Of a stretch of 64,000 nt of DNA, positions 27,957-37,876 are shown one piece after another. Under the pieces are notes generated by a model. It was given only the letters and a program-made list of their open reading frames with translations. It did not search any database and was not told the origin of the DNA. The stretch covers positions 256,001 through 320,000 of the forward strand of contig JAVZHX010000001.1 in the NCBI GenBank assembly GCA_038871515.1, written 5' to 3'. Position 1 is the first letter of the stretch, and the number at the start of each line of letters is the position of its first letter. The position numbers and the translations under genes were made by a program. The stretch comes from Candidatus Micrarchaeia archaeon (GTDB lineage Archaea > Micrarchaeota > Micrarchaeia > Burarchaeales > Fermentimicrarchaeaceae).

Positions 27957-29003
27957 TCACCTGAAAGGCCTGCTGTTGCTTCTCAAAGGAAGGAATGAAA
28001 CTCTTCTCCCAGCTCTGAGCAGAAGGTTCTGGCAAACTCTTTCAACCTCCTCTCTTTCCAACGCAGCCCTCATATCAGCTTCTATCAGCACTGCGGGGTA
28101 TGCATACTTCTGGTTAATTCTGCTTAAGGAGTATATTAAAGATGCTACCTCAGAAGCCGTTCTCTCTGCTTTTAGAAACTCAACGCGCAGCGGTCTATCG
28201 TTTTTAACTGGTTTCACGTAAAATGCATGAACGCTCGCTCCCCACTTCCCCAAATCCTTCAGCACCTGGTGCTCCCTCTCAGGGCTTGAGTAGTGAAACT
28301 CAAAAACCCTCTCCCCTTCGTTTAGAAGAAAATGCAGGAAGGAGGTGTCGTTGGATGTTTTCAGAATCTCCCCCTCCGCAATAGTTTTTTCAACTATCTC
28401 TATAAACCTCTTCCCCCTGCTGTCCTTTATCACTCCTATCAACTGGCAGTTATTCTCTTTGCAGTAAGAATAAAGGGAGTTGTACAATTCAAGCAGTGAA
28501 TTATAAAGCGGGCGCACCGATGAGTTTTCTGATGGTTTGTCAGAAATCTGAGGAACAATTGAGCCGTCAAGCAGAAGGTAATCTGGCTTGAATTTCTTTA
28601 CTGTTTCACAAGCAGTTTCAACCTCCTTCTTCAACCTTGCAAGCGATTTATGCCATGTGAACTCGTGCGAGTCAAGCGCTGTGAGCGCGCTTGGCTCTGC
28701 TTCAGGAGCGCGGGATGGGTGGTAGCTGTGTGAAATTCTTTTTGAGTTTTTGTATTCAAATATCACCGAAACTGCTCTTGTTAAAACTAAATCAAACCCG
28801 TGAAACTCCTGCGCGCCCAACCCCCCATCAACAGCTGCAACCCTGCAGTTCAGCTCAACAGGTTCAACTTTGTGAATTAAACCTTTCTCAAGCGCTTCTG
28901 GATAAACCTCTCTCCCTTCCTCGCGAAGTTTCTCCGCCAACTCCGCCCTTTTCCTCTCAAGCTCATCCATTCTATTTATAAGCTCAGCCAGCTTTTCATG
29001 CAT
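27957..29003 (-). CDS. nurA: NurA nuclease
   Basis: AAVDGG, LLLDGSI, YPAVLIEADMRA; same strand and operon as herA. Confidence 0.92.
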   Translation of the reverse strand: MHEKLAELINRMDELERKRAELAEKLREEGREVYPEALEKGLIHKVEPVELNCRVAAVDGGLGAQEFHGFDLVLTRAVSVIFEYKNSKRISHSYHPSRAPEAEPSALTALDSHEFTWHKSLARLKKEVETACETVKKFKPDYLLLDGSIVPQISDKPSENSSVRPLYNSLLELYNSLYSYCKENNCQLIGVIKDSRGKRFIEIVEKTIAEGEILKTSNDTSFLHFLLNEGERVFEFHYSSPEREHQVLKDLGKWGASVHAFYVKPVKNDRPLRVEFLKAERTASEVASLIYSLSRINQKYAYPAVLIEADMRAALEREEVERVCQNLLLRAGRRVSFLPLRSNSRPFR

Positions 29004-29044
29004 ATGTTTATTTAATTTCAGGTGAATTTATAAATTAGATTGAG

Positions 29045-29389
29045 ATGAAGCAGGTGATAGTTGTCAGAAGTGATTTGAAGCTAGGCAAGGGGAAGCTGGC
29101 AGCCCACGTTTCGCATGCTTCCCTCGCAGGTTATAAGCTTGTCAAAAATAAGAAACCGGAGTTTGTTGGGGAGTGGGAGAAGGAAGGTGAGAAGAAGATA
29201 GTTGTGAAAGTTGAAAGCGAGAAAGAGTTAGTTGAGCTTTACGAGAGAGTTAAAAAAGAAATTCCTTCTGTGCTGATTAAGGATGCTGGTTTAACTCAAA
29301 TTCCACCAGGAACAGTTACCTGCCTTGTGATTGGCCCATGGAAGGATGAGGAAGTTGATGAATTTACTAGAAATTTGAAACTGCTTTAA
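29045..29389 (+). CDS. pth2: Peptidyl-tRNA hydrolase Pth2
   Basis: KQVIVVRSDLKLGKGKLAAHVSHA, DAGLTQIPPGT. Confidence 0.97.
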   Translation: MKQVIVVRSDLKLGKGKLAAHVSHASLAGYKLVKNKKPEFVGEWEKEGEKKIVVKVESEKELVELYERVKKEIPSVLIKDAGLTQIPPGTVTCLVIGPWKDEEVDEFTRNLKLL

Positions 29390-30300
29390 TAAGCGAACTC
29401 AAGCCATTCATGATAACGCTCATCCTTTCCCTGCACAATCTCAAAGAACTTCTTCTGTATTTTTTCAGTTATCTTCCCTCTTCTCCCATCTCCTATTTTT
29501 CTGTCATCAACCTCGACTATTGGAGTTACCTCCGCAGCTGTGCCTGTGAAGAAAGCCTCATCCGCAATGTACAGTTCCTCCCTCGGTATATCCCTTATTA
29601 TAACCTCTATTCCCATATCCTTTGCAATTCTCATCACAGAATCCCTTGTCACCCCGATAAGTATTCCTGCGTGCACGGGAGGGGTGATGAGCTTGCCCTG
29701 CCTTACAATGAATACGTTTTCACCAGAACCTTCCGCAACATAACCGCTTATATTCTGCATTATCGCCTCATCATACCCGCTTCTCAGCGCTTCAATTTTT
29801 GCAAGCAGAGAGTTTGCATAGTTTCCCGAACATTTTGCCTGCGGTGGAACAATCAATGGGTTTATTCTGCACCAGGAGGAAATTTTCACTCTAACTCCCT
29901 TCTCAATTTTATCCTTGAAATAACGCCCAAAAACAACAGGTATTATTGCAACGTTAACGCTCAACCCCTCAGTTTCCAACCCAATGTGCTCGCTTCCGTA
30001 AAAAGCAATTGGGCGTATGTAACATTCCTTTATTTTATTAACTTTTATCAAATCAAGCGTTGCCTTTCTCAATTCTTCTTTTGAGTATGGAATGTTCATC
30101 ATGTATGCTTTTGCGCTGTTGAAAAATCTGTTCAGGTGCTCCCTCAACCTGAAAACAGCAGACCCCTTCTCCGTATTATAACATCGTATCCCCTCAAATA
30201 TCGCATTTCCGTAATGCAGAGAATGGCAGAGCAGATGAACCTTTGCATCGGCAAACATCACAAACTTCCCATTCATCCAAACTTTTGGGAAATGCTTCAT
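29386..30300 (-). CDS. ilvE: Branched-chain amino acid aminotransferase
   Basis: LHYGNAIFEGIRCY, EGSGENVF, FTGTAAEVTP. Confidence 0.96.
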   Translation of the reverse strand: MKHFPKVWMNGKFVMFADAKVHLLCHSLHYGNAIFEGIRCYNTEKGSAVFRLREHLNRFFNSAKAYMMNIPYSKEELRKATLDLIKVNKIKECYIRPIAFYGSEHIGLETEGLSVNVAIIPVVFGRYFKDKIEKGVRVKISSWCRINPLIVPPQAKCSGNYANSLLAKIEALRSGYDEAIMQNISGYVAEGSGENVFIVRQGKLITPPVHAGILIGVTRDSVMRIAKDMGIEVIIRDIPREELYIADEAFFTGTAAEVTPIVEVDDRKIGDGRRGKITEKIQKKFFEIVQGKDERYHEWLEFAY

Positions 30301-30345
30301 AAAACCACCGAAATTATAAATTGGTTGAAGTTTATAACAATTTGT

Positions 30346-30945
30346 ATGGGATGGCAGGAGACTTTTGAGAAAGTTGCAAGCGAGCTTATGAAGAACCCAA
30401 CGCATGACTTTGAGCATGCAAAGAGAGTATGCTCAATCTCATTAAAGCTTGCGAAGGAGGAGAATGCTGATGAGGAGGTTGTGGTTGCCGCTGCGCTGCT
30501 CCACGATGTTGGTTATTCTATTGATGAAAGGGAGCACGAGGAGAAAAGCCTTGAAATTGCAGCAACCCTTCTTGGGATGACTGACTTTCCAAAGGAGAAG
30601 AGAGAAAGGGTTATTGAATGCATAAAACACCACAGATTCAGCAAGGGAAGTGAAGCAGTCAGCTTGGAAGCAAAAATACTTCAGGATGCGGACAGGATTG
30701 ATGCGATTGGCGCTGTGGGAATTGCGCGCTGTTTTCTTTGGAGCGGTGAGCACAGAAGAGTTTTGAAGGAAGCTGTGAAGCACTTCAGCGAGAAGCTGCT
30801 TAAACTGAGGGATGAGATGAACACGGAAAGTGGAAGAAGAATGGCTGAGGAGAGACATAGATTTATGCTTGAATTCCTTCAGAAGCTTGAGGATGAGGGA
30901 GGGATTACTCCTCAAACCTCTTCCAAAGAGCCCTCTTATGGCTGA
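30346..30945 (+). CDS. HD-domain phosphohydrolase
   Basis: HDFEHAKRV, LLHDV, QDADRIDAIGAVGIAR. Confidence 0.92.
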   Translation: MGWQETFEKVASELMKNPTHDFEHAKRVCSISLKLAKEENADEEVVVAAALLHDVGYSIDEREHEEKSLEIAATLLGMTDFPKEKRERVIECIKHHRFSKGSEAVSLEAKILQDADRIDAIGAVGIARCFLWSGEHRRVLKEAVKHFSEKLLKLRDEMNTESGRRMAEERHRFMLEFLQKLEDEGGITPQTSSKEPSYG

Positions 30946-31186
30946 GCTGCTCCTTTGCAACTGAAAGCAACTGAGTGCTTAACCTCAGCGCCTCGTCTGG
31001 AGAAAGCTTTATCGCCTGAGCACTTGCTGAATTCATTATCCTCAGCGTAATCACCCCATCTCTTGGAAAACCATTCACCAGCTGAGGTTCCTCGCTCTCC
31101 ACTCTAAGAGCATTTCTGTGGCTCTCCCCTTTCTCATCCTTCCACCAATGCACAATTTCCTCTTCTATAGGCATATCGGTCGCCAA
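30905..31186 (-). CDS. Hypothetical protein
   Basis: Protein-like ORF convergent with the HD gene. Confidence 0.65.
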   Translation of the reverse strand: MATDMPIEEEIVHWWKDEKGESHRNALRVESEEPQLVNGFPRDGVITLRIMNSASAQAIKLSPDEALRLSTQLLSVAKEQLSHKRALWKRFEE

Positions 31187-31251
31187 CTACCAAGTGGTTT
31201 GTGTTATTTATAAAGCTTGGGAGGGGGTAACTTTCCAGTGAAGTATATAAA

Positions 31252-31689
31252 TTGTGGATGAGCAATTCTATGGGTGTTTTTATGAGGATACTCAGACCAG
31301 AAAGATCTGTGTTTTTCAACCCAGAAATGCAGGCTGCTTTGGAAAGGGAGAGAAATAGAAGGGCTGTGGAAATGCTGACAAGCAACAAAAGTGAGGAGCG
31401 CATGGAGGCTGCGGAGAGACTGCTTAAAGTTGTTAAAGACAGCTCAGTGAGAAAGGAGCTTGAGCTTGTGCGTGACATTGCAAAGGAGAGCAGAATAATT
31501 GAAAAAATAGAGAAAGAGGAGGGGAAGATTGATGCAATGCCAAAGGAGAAAGCTGCAAAATACGCTTCATACATAAAAGATTATACAGAGAGAAAGGAGG
31601 AAGCAGCAGAGAATATTGCAAGGTTTATATCTGAAAGAAAGATGAGCGATGTGGAGCTGCAGGAGAATTTGAAAAAAGTGCTAGCCTGA
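31252..31689 (+). CDS. Hypothetical helical protein
   Basis: E/K-rich ORF with host codon use; start uncertain. Confidence 0.6.
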   Translation: MWMSNSMGVFMRILRPERSVFFNPEMQAALERERNRRAVEMLTSNKSEERMEAAERLLKVVKDSSVRKELELVRDIAKESRIIEKIEKEEGKIDAMPKEKAAKYASYIKDYTERKEEAAENIARFISERKMSDVELQENLKKVLA

Positions 31690-32331
31690 TTTATAATAAT
31701 CGCAGAGTTTATTCAGCACACATAAGTTACATTCTGGATTCCTTGCTCTGCATATCTTTCTTCCGTGAAGTATGAAGTTTATGTGAAGGGTTTTCTTCTC
31801 ATCAGAAGGGATAAGTTCATTCATAATTTTATGGGCTTTCTCAGAGCTTGCTTCTTCTGGTATCAACCCCAACCTCTTGGCAATTCGCATATTATGTGTG
31901 TCCAGAGGCATTGTTGGCTTGTTGAAGCAGAAAAGCAGAAGCACGCTTGCGGTTTTTGGCCCAATTCCGTCAATTGAGCGAAGGAATTCAAATGCATCAT
32001 CAGCAGACATTTTACTTAGAAAATCCAGGCTCAGCTTCCCTCTTCTCCTCCTTATCTCGCTAAGCGCCTTTTTTATTCTACGCGCTTTTATTTTTGACAA
32101 ACCACCTGGGCGAATTGCTTTCTGAATTTTTCCTAAATCTGCATCAAGAACAAGCTCCCATTTTGGAAACTTCCGTTTGAGACTGAAAAAAGCAGCTTGG
32201 GAGTTCCTGTCGCTTGTATTCTGAGATAAAATTGTTCCAACTAAAACGTCAAGGGGGTTGCTCCTTTCGTCTATGGAGTGAACCCCGTACTCCCGCTTCA
32301 AAATTTCTATAACTTCTTTCAGCTTTTTCAC
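31681..32331 (-). CDS. nth: Endonuclease III-family HhH-GPD glycosylase
   Basis: ILSQNTSD, GIGPKTA, LDTH, CRARNPECNLCVLNKLC Fe-S motif. Confidence 0.9.
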   Translation of the reverse strand: MKKLKEVIEILKREYGVHSIDERSNPLDVLVGTILSQNTSDRNSQAAFFSLKRKFPKWELVLDADLGKIQKAIRPGGLSKIKARRIKKALSEIRRRRGKLSLDFLSKMSADDAFEFLRSIDGIGPKTASVLLLFCFNKPTMPLDTHNMRIAKRLGLIPEEASSEKAHKIMNELIPSDEKKTLHINFILHGRKICRARNPECNLCVLNKLCDYYKSG

Positions 32332-32366
32332 GCATTTATTTAAAGCACGAAATAATAAATGACTAC

Positions 32367-32507
32367 ATGAAAGGAATTTGTTCAATTTGTGGAAGGGAAA
32401 CCGCAAGCTTTACGTGCAGTTTATGTGGTGCGCTTGTTGGGGTGAACTGCTACGACCCTGTGGGAAAGGTTTGCATACGCTGCAAGGCAGGAAGGATGAT
32501 TAGATGA
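32367..32507 (+). CDS. Small Cys-rich zinc-finger protein (46 aa)
   Basis: Hand translation MKGICSICGRETASFTCSLCGALVGVNCYDPVGKVCIRCKAGRMIR; ATGA overlap with the next gene. Confidence 0.75.
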   Translation: MKGICSICGRETASFTCSLCGALVGVNCYDPVGKVCIRCKAGRMIR

Positions 32508-33409
32508 GCTTAGCTGAGCTTGCGAAGAATAAAGATGTAGTGAAACCATTTGGAGAAGTTGACGTTCTGCTTTACTATGGAATTGTGGGAAGCAAGCTTG
32601 TTGGTTTTTTGAAGGGAAAGGAGCTTGCAGCGAAAAACTGGTTCCCTCCAAAAGGTGGTTTGCCAACAGTTCTTAAAAGAGGTTCAAAGGAGGAGCCGCT
32701 TTACATAGATGAATTTGTTGATGCGATAACACCTGGGTTTCTCTCATTGAGAGGGAAGCACCTTGAGGAAGTTAGAGATAAACTCGCTCCTTCCCAGCAG
32801 AAAGTGTGGCGCTACTTTGTCCCAAGGAAGCTCTCTGATTTGTTTTATGCGACAAACAATGAGGGGGAAGGTAAATCTATCGACAGAATTTTCTTTGATT
32901 TGGATAGGGGGGAGGGAGTTACTTCTGAATATGCACAGCAGGTAGCAAGGGAGTTCCTTGCTGTTATGGAGGATGATTTGAGGGAGTTGAACTGCGAAAA
33001 AAGATTTGTGATGTGGACTGGGAGCTCCTTTCATGTTTATCTATTTCTCAAGAAGAGAATGCCTCCCTCCTTTTACGAGGAAAACTTTCAGGTCAGCACA
33101 AAAGGTGGACTTCAAACAGCAGCGCAGAAGTGGGTTGATGAGTTGAAGAAAAAAGGGTTGAAGGTGAGCGGGAGCCATGAAAAAATTGCGGGAGTTGTTG
33201 CAATAGACCCATCTCAAACTCCCTCAGGGAAATTGGCAAGAGCTCCCTTCTCGCTGCACATGCAGGATTATAAAACAATCAATGGGGTTGCAATTCCGCT
33301 TGATTTGAACATGCTTGATGATAAGAAATTGGTAGAGGAGCTGAAGCAGTATACGCCAAACAGAGTCGTTGAGGAGCTGAACTCTCTTTCAAAAAGACTG
33401 CCATTGTGA
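32504..33409 (+). CDS. Stand-alone AEP-superfamily primase-polymerase (LigD PolDom-like)
   Basis: FFDLD motif I, TGSSFHVY motif II, IDPSQT..GKLARAPFSL motif III. Confidence 0.8.
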   Translation: MSLAELAKNKDVVKPFGEVDVLLYYGIVGSKLVGFLKGKELAAKNWFPPKGGLPTVLKRGSKEEPLYIDEFVDAITPGFLSLRGKHLEEVRDKLAPSQQKVWRYFVPRKLSDLFYATNNEGEGKSIDRIFFDLDRGEGVTSEYAQQVAREFLAVMEDDLRELNCEKRFVMWTGSSFHVYLFLKKRMPPSFYEENFQVSTKGGLQTAAQKWVDELKKKGLKVSGSHEKIAGVVAIDPSQTPSGKLARAPFSLHMQDYKTINGVAIPLDLNMLDDKKLVEELKQYTPNRVVEELNSLSKRLPL

Positions 33410-33413
33410 TTTT

Positions 33414-33845
33414 ATGAAGTTTGAAAAACTAGTTAGGGGAAGGGTTGTTTTCATTGGAGTTGGAAACGAGCTGAGGGGTGATGATGGAGTTGGTGTTTAC
33501 ATTGCAAGAAAACTGAGAAAGAAGAATGTAATTAATGCGGGAGTTGCACCTGAGAATTTTATTGGAAAAATAAAGAGGATGCAACCTGAAAGAATAGTAA
33601 TTTTTGATGCGCTTGATTTTGGAGGGAAACCTGGAGAAGTGAGGGTGGTTGATGCAAGGAAAACTGAGGGAATAAAAATTTCAACTCACTCCCTACCCCT
33701 TTCATTTTTCTGCAAGCTTTTTGATGGAGTTGAAGTTTATTTGGTTGGGATACAGCCAAAAGAAAGGGAGTTTGGTGCTTCACTCAGCAAGGAAGTTGTG
33801 AGAAGCGCAGACAGGTTAATTGCTGAGCTAGCGGTGTCTTCTTAG
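33414..33845 (+). CDS. Hydrogenase maturation protease (HycI-like)
   Basis: GVGNELRGDDGVG, PENF, DALDFG, STHSLPL. Confidence 0.92.
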   Translation: MKFEKLVRGRVVFIGVGNELRGDDGVGVYIARKLRKKNVINAGVAPENFIGKIKRMQPERIVIFDALDFGGKPGEVRVVDARKTEGIKISTHSLPLSFFCKLFDGVEVYLVGIQPKEREFGASLSKEVVRSADRLIAELAVSS

Positions 33846-35093
33846 GAGAGCTTCGTCTACGTAGTAGAGCGCTACGCCTGCTAACAGAGCAACTGCAGTA
33901 ATCAACCACGTTTCCAGAAGAAGATAATATGCAAGCGCTGCAAAAGTTATAATACCAAGCAAAGGTGGTATTGGGTAAAATGGAATTTTGAATGGTGGTT
34001 TCACTCTCCTGTTCACCACAATTGCAGCATAGTTCACAAGTATATGGCTCAGTATCATAAGCACAGTTGCAAGGGAAGCAATTTCCTTTAAATCGCCAAT
34101 AAAGGCAAGAAAAGCCATTGGTATTCCTGTGAGAAGTATTGAAACATACGGGGTGCCAAAAGTTGGGTGTATGTGGCTGATGAACCTTGCAGTTTGGTGG
34201 TTCCTTGACATTGAGAAAATTATTCTTGAAACTGATAGGATAAGGGTGTGGAGAACTGTGGCAGTTGCGAAGATTGCTGCAAGCGAAACTAACCACGCAG
34301 CCATCTCATTTCCAGTCGCCTCCATCACATCCGCAAGCGGAGAGCCTGATTTTGCAAGCACATTGTAATCAACAACTCCAACTGCTGTGAAGCTAACGAG
34401 CAGATACAACAAAGCGGATATTGCTAGGGAGAGCAGTATTGCAAGAGGAAGGGTTCTCTGTGGGTTAATGATTTCCTCTGAGATTGTTGTGACATTGCAG
34501 TAGCCAAGGTAGGCGAACATCATAAGCGCAGCTCCACCTATCAAACCATTCAAACCATTTGGAAGCACATTCTGAAAATTCGCTGGTTTTATATGAGGTG
34601 CACCAAGCAACACAAAAAGAAGCAGCATGAGAATTTTAAGAATTACAAGCGCATCATTCACAATCTTTGACTGCTTTGCTCCCACAAGGTTAACCAAAGT
34701 GAAAAGAATGCATGCTCCAACAGCAAGCAGGTTTGCTGGGAAAACCATAAGCACTGCAAGGTAATCCGCCAAACCAAGGCTGACTGCCGCACCTCCTACA
34801 ATGCTGCCGAGTATGAGCATCCATCCTGTCAAAAAACCCCAGAAAGGAGAAACAACTTTAAAAACATACTCATACCCTCCCCCTTCTTTTGGTATAACTG
34901 AGGAAAGCTCCGCAAAGCTCAGAGCAGTGAAAAGAGAAACAACTCCCGCAAGAATCACTGAATAAATAACACCTGGGCCAGCCATCCCTGCAGCTATCCC
35001 AACAACTACAAAGATACCTGCTCCGATTATTGCTCCTAAACCTATAGAGATAGCGTCAAATAGGTTAAGTGCTCTTTTCAACCTGGTTGCCAT
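33828..35093 (-). CDS. APC-family amino acid permease
   Basis: GAIIGAGIF, FAELSS, FAYLGY, EEIINPQRTLP. Confidence 0.93.
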   Translation of the reverse strand: MATRLKRALNLFDAISIGLGAIIGAGIFVVVGIAAGMAGPGVIYSVILAGVVSLFTALSFAELSSVIPKEGGGYEYVFKVVSPFWGFLTGWMLILGSIVGGAAVSLGLADYLAVLMVFPANLLAVGACILFTLVNLVGAKQSKIVNDALVILKILMLLLFVLLGAPHIKPANFQNVLPNGLNGLIGGAALMMFAYLGYCNVTTISEEIINPQRTLPLAILLSLAISALLYLLVSFTAVGVVDYNVLAKSGSPLADVMEATGNEMAAWLVSLAAIFATATVLHTLILSVSRIIFSMSRNHQTARFISHIHPTFGTPYVSILLTGIPMAFLAFIGDLKEIASLATVLMILSHILVNYAAIVVNRRVKPPFKIPFYPIPPLLGIITFAALAYYLLLETWLITAVALLAGVALYYVDEALLRRHR

Positions 35094-35181
35094 ATTGTTT
35101 GGTATTGCTCACGCCTATATAAAATAGTTGGTTTGAATTTTTTTAGCAAGGAATTTAAAGAAAGCAAACCATAATTTTAGC

Positions 35182-36051
35182 ATGACGTACAGAATAGCAA
35201 AACCAGGTGAAATAATTGTTGAAGCGCAGGAGAGGTATCCTGGCTCTTTTTACGATAAAGTTTCAAGCAGCAAGTACATGGATGAGTTCTATAAGAAAGC
35301 AGTTGAAGCATCTGGTGTTGTGAAGCTGATTGAGAGCAGAGAGGATACGGTAAGGGTTGTTGATGTGGCCGGTGGAAGAGGCAGAGTTGGGGAGATGATA
35401 AGGAAGATGACGGATAAGAATTTTGAATACATTGTAGTTGACATAAGCAGAAAGGAGATGGGAGATGATAAGGATAAAGTGAAAATTGTTGGCGACATGG
35501 CGCACATTCCCCTGAAGAATTCAAGTGCAGATGTTGTATTTTTCCTCAACATGCCAGTTCCAATTTCACTTATTAAAAGAAAGGCTGAGACGATGACTCC
35601 TGGAAGCTTGGTTGAGGTTGAGGAACTTTGGAGCATAAAAATGTATCTTGGCAATTCAATAGATGCAGCTTTCAGAAGCAATATGCTTGAGGGGCTTAGG
35701 GTGCTCAAGCCAGATGGAGTTCTTGTAACCGGTGCGAAGCATGTTGGGCAGTCCAAAGAAGTGGCAGAAGAGGCGTTTAGGGAGTTTCCGCTTAGGGTTG
35801 AGAAACAGGAGGTTGTTGAGCTTGACAGCAAAGTTATACCGCTGTGGAGAAAGTACGGTTTGGGGTTGGAGGATCCAAAGTTTGTTATCACGACTTACAG
35901 GAGAGTTGAAGGGAATGTTGAGAGCCTTATTGAGCATGAAAAAGAGAGATTGGAAAGGAATTTGGGAAAAGCGATGGAGATGGAGACTTTTTGGAAAGTT
36001 ATGGAGGAGTTCAGGAAGGAGAAGTGGGTGCCGGAGGAATTTTCTGAATGA
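35182..36051 (+). CDS. Class I SAM-dependent methyltransferase-like protein (paralogue 1)
   Basis: VVDVAGGRG, VVDIS, GDMAHIPLKNSSADVV, RVLKPDG. Confidence 0.8.
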   Translation: MTYRIAKPGEIIVEAQERYPGSFYDKVSSSKYMDEFYKKAVEASGVVKLIESREDTVRVVDVAGGRGRVGEMIRKMTDKNFEYIVVDISRKEMGDDKDKVKIVGDMAHIPLKNSSADVVFFLNMPVPISLIKRKAETMTPGSLVEVEELWSIKMYLGNSIDAAFRSNMLEGLRVLKPDGVLVTGAKHVGQSKEVAEEAFREFPLRVEKQEVVELDSKVIPLWRKYGLGLEDPKFVITTYRRVEGNVESLIEHEKERLERNLGKAMEMETFWKVMEEFRKEKWVPEEFSE

Positions 36052-36084
36052 AGCAATTAAATATGTTGGATGCGTAATTAAAGT

Positions 36085-36933
36085 ATGATTCATAAGATAT
36101 CTAAACCGGAAGACATCCTTCTTGAAGCTCAGAAGCTCTACCCAACAAAGTTTCACGAAGTTTCCGAGAGCACTTACATGGATGAGGTTTACAGAAAAGC
36201 CGCTGCTCTTTCTGGAATTAAGGAGTATGTTGGAAAAACAAAGAGGGAAGTGAACGTTGCTGATATTGCTGGCGGGAGCGGAAGGCAGGGACATATAATC
36301 AGAAGCATGCTGAAAGATGAAGCGCGGAGAGTGACGATACATAATATAGATATAAGCAAGGAGGAGCTGAGCAAAAGAAAAGTGGATGAGAGAATTGTTG
36401 GCGAGATTATGCATCTCCCATTTGTGGATAGAAGTATGGATTTTGTTTTTATGAATAACATACCAATTCCAATTTCGCATGTGAGGAATTACGTTGCTTT
36501 TATGAAGGATGAGAGCGGAAGAAAAGGCATGATGCTGGAGATGCTTGAGCTTGCTGTTGACTCTGTTTATAAATTGAACACGCTTGAAGGTGCTAGGGTG
36601 CTTAAGGATAATGGAGTTATGGTTGTCAGTGGTAAGTACACTGGACAGAGCAGCGAAAGCATTCAGAAAGGACTTGGCGAGCTTCCCCTAAAAGTTGAGA
36701 AATTTGAGGTTGTGGAGCTTGAGGAAGGAGTAATTCCTCTTTGGAGGAAGTATGGTATAGAGATAGAGAAGCCAACTTTTATGGTTGCCTCCTTTAGAAA
36801 AACATCTTCGGATTTAAAGGAGCATTTTGAGCTGTATGAGCAGATGCTTTACACAAGCTTGGAGCAGTTGATGAGAATTGAGGGGTTTGAGGATGTTTTG
36901 AAAGAGATGCACAGAAAAAATTTGAAATGGTAA
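36085..36933 (+). CDS. Class I SAM-dependent methyltransferase-like protein (paralogue 2)
   Basis: VADIAGGSG, NIDIS, HLPFVDRSMDFV, RVLKDNG. Confidence 0.8.
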   Translation: MIHKISKPEDILLEAQKLYPTKFHEVSESTYMDEVYRKAAALSGIKEYVGKTKREVNVADIAGGSGRQGHIIRSMLKDEARRVTIHNIDISKEELSKRKVDERIVGEIMHLPFVDRSMDFVFMNNIPIPISHVRNYVAFMKDESGRKGMMLEMLELAVDSVYKLNTLEGARVLKDNGVMVVSGKYTGQSSESIQKGLGELPLKVEKFEVVELEEGVIPLWRKYGIEIEKPTFMVASFRKTSSDLKEHFELYEQMLYTSLEQLMRIEGFEDVLKEMHRKNLKW

Positions 36934-36964
36934 AGTAATAAATCCGAAACTTCATAATTTATGC

Positions 36965-37875
36965 ATGGTGGAGAAGTTTGCAGAAGAAGAGAATCTTTTA
37001 AGAAAAGTGCAAATTCTCTATCCCGACTCCTTTTACGATAAAGTTTCAAGCAGCAAATTGATGGGCAAGTTCTATGAAAAAGCAATTGAGCTTTCGGGAG
37101 TTGTTGGGCTTATTGAAAAGAGCACGCCAGGAAAAGTGAGCGTGGTTGACATATGTGGGGCAGAGGGATTGTTGGCGATAGAATAAAAAGTATGACGAAT
37201 AAGGAGTTCAACTATATAGTTGTTGATATAAGCAGAAGGGAGCTTGGAAGCGAGCAGTGGAAGAATAGAGTGATGGGAGATATGCTGCACATTCCTCTTA
37301 AAAATGAAACTGCGGATGTTGTGTTCTGTCTCAATATGCCGGTTCCACTTGCGCAGGTGAAGGAGCATGCAAAAGTGACGAAAGCAGATAATTTGAGTGA
37401 GGAGTGGGATAGGGAGAAAGTGATGAATATTTTGAATGACGCAGTGGATAACATATGTGAGCTGAACCTTCTTAACGCAGCAAGAATTCTCAAAAACAAC
37501 GGTGTGCTTGTGCTCGGAAACTCATTTGCTGGGCAGACTGAGGAGGATGCAAGAAGACAGGTGAAAGAAATTCCAATGAAGCTTGAAAGATATGCGAGAG
37601 TGAAGCTGAGCAACCGAGTTATACCACTTTGGAAGGAATATGGAAGTGAGGTGAGTTCACCTGTTTTTGTGCTTGTGTGTTTCAGAAAAGTTGAAGGGAG
37701 TGTTGAGGAGAGCATTAAATTCAGGGAAGCTGCGCTCAGAGATGATTTTCAAGAGCTTGAGAGAAGCGAATTCTTCAAAAAAATTATAAAAGAAATGGAG
37801 AGGGGAGCTTCGGCGAAGAAAGGGGAAACGTTTGCAATTGATAAGAGTTTGTTTGAAAGTATAAAATGGGAGTAG
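36965..37875 (+). pseudogene. Methyltransferase paralogue 3, frameshifted at the G4 tract 37157-37160
   Basis: ORFs 36965..37186 and 37153..37875 join into a full paralogue (VVDICG-GRGIVG) if one G is added. Confidence 0.85.
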
Positions 37876-37876
37876 T

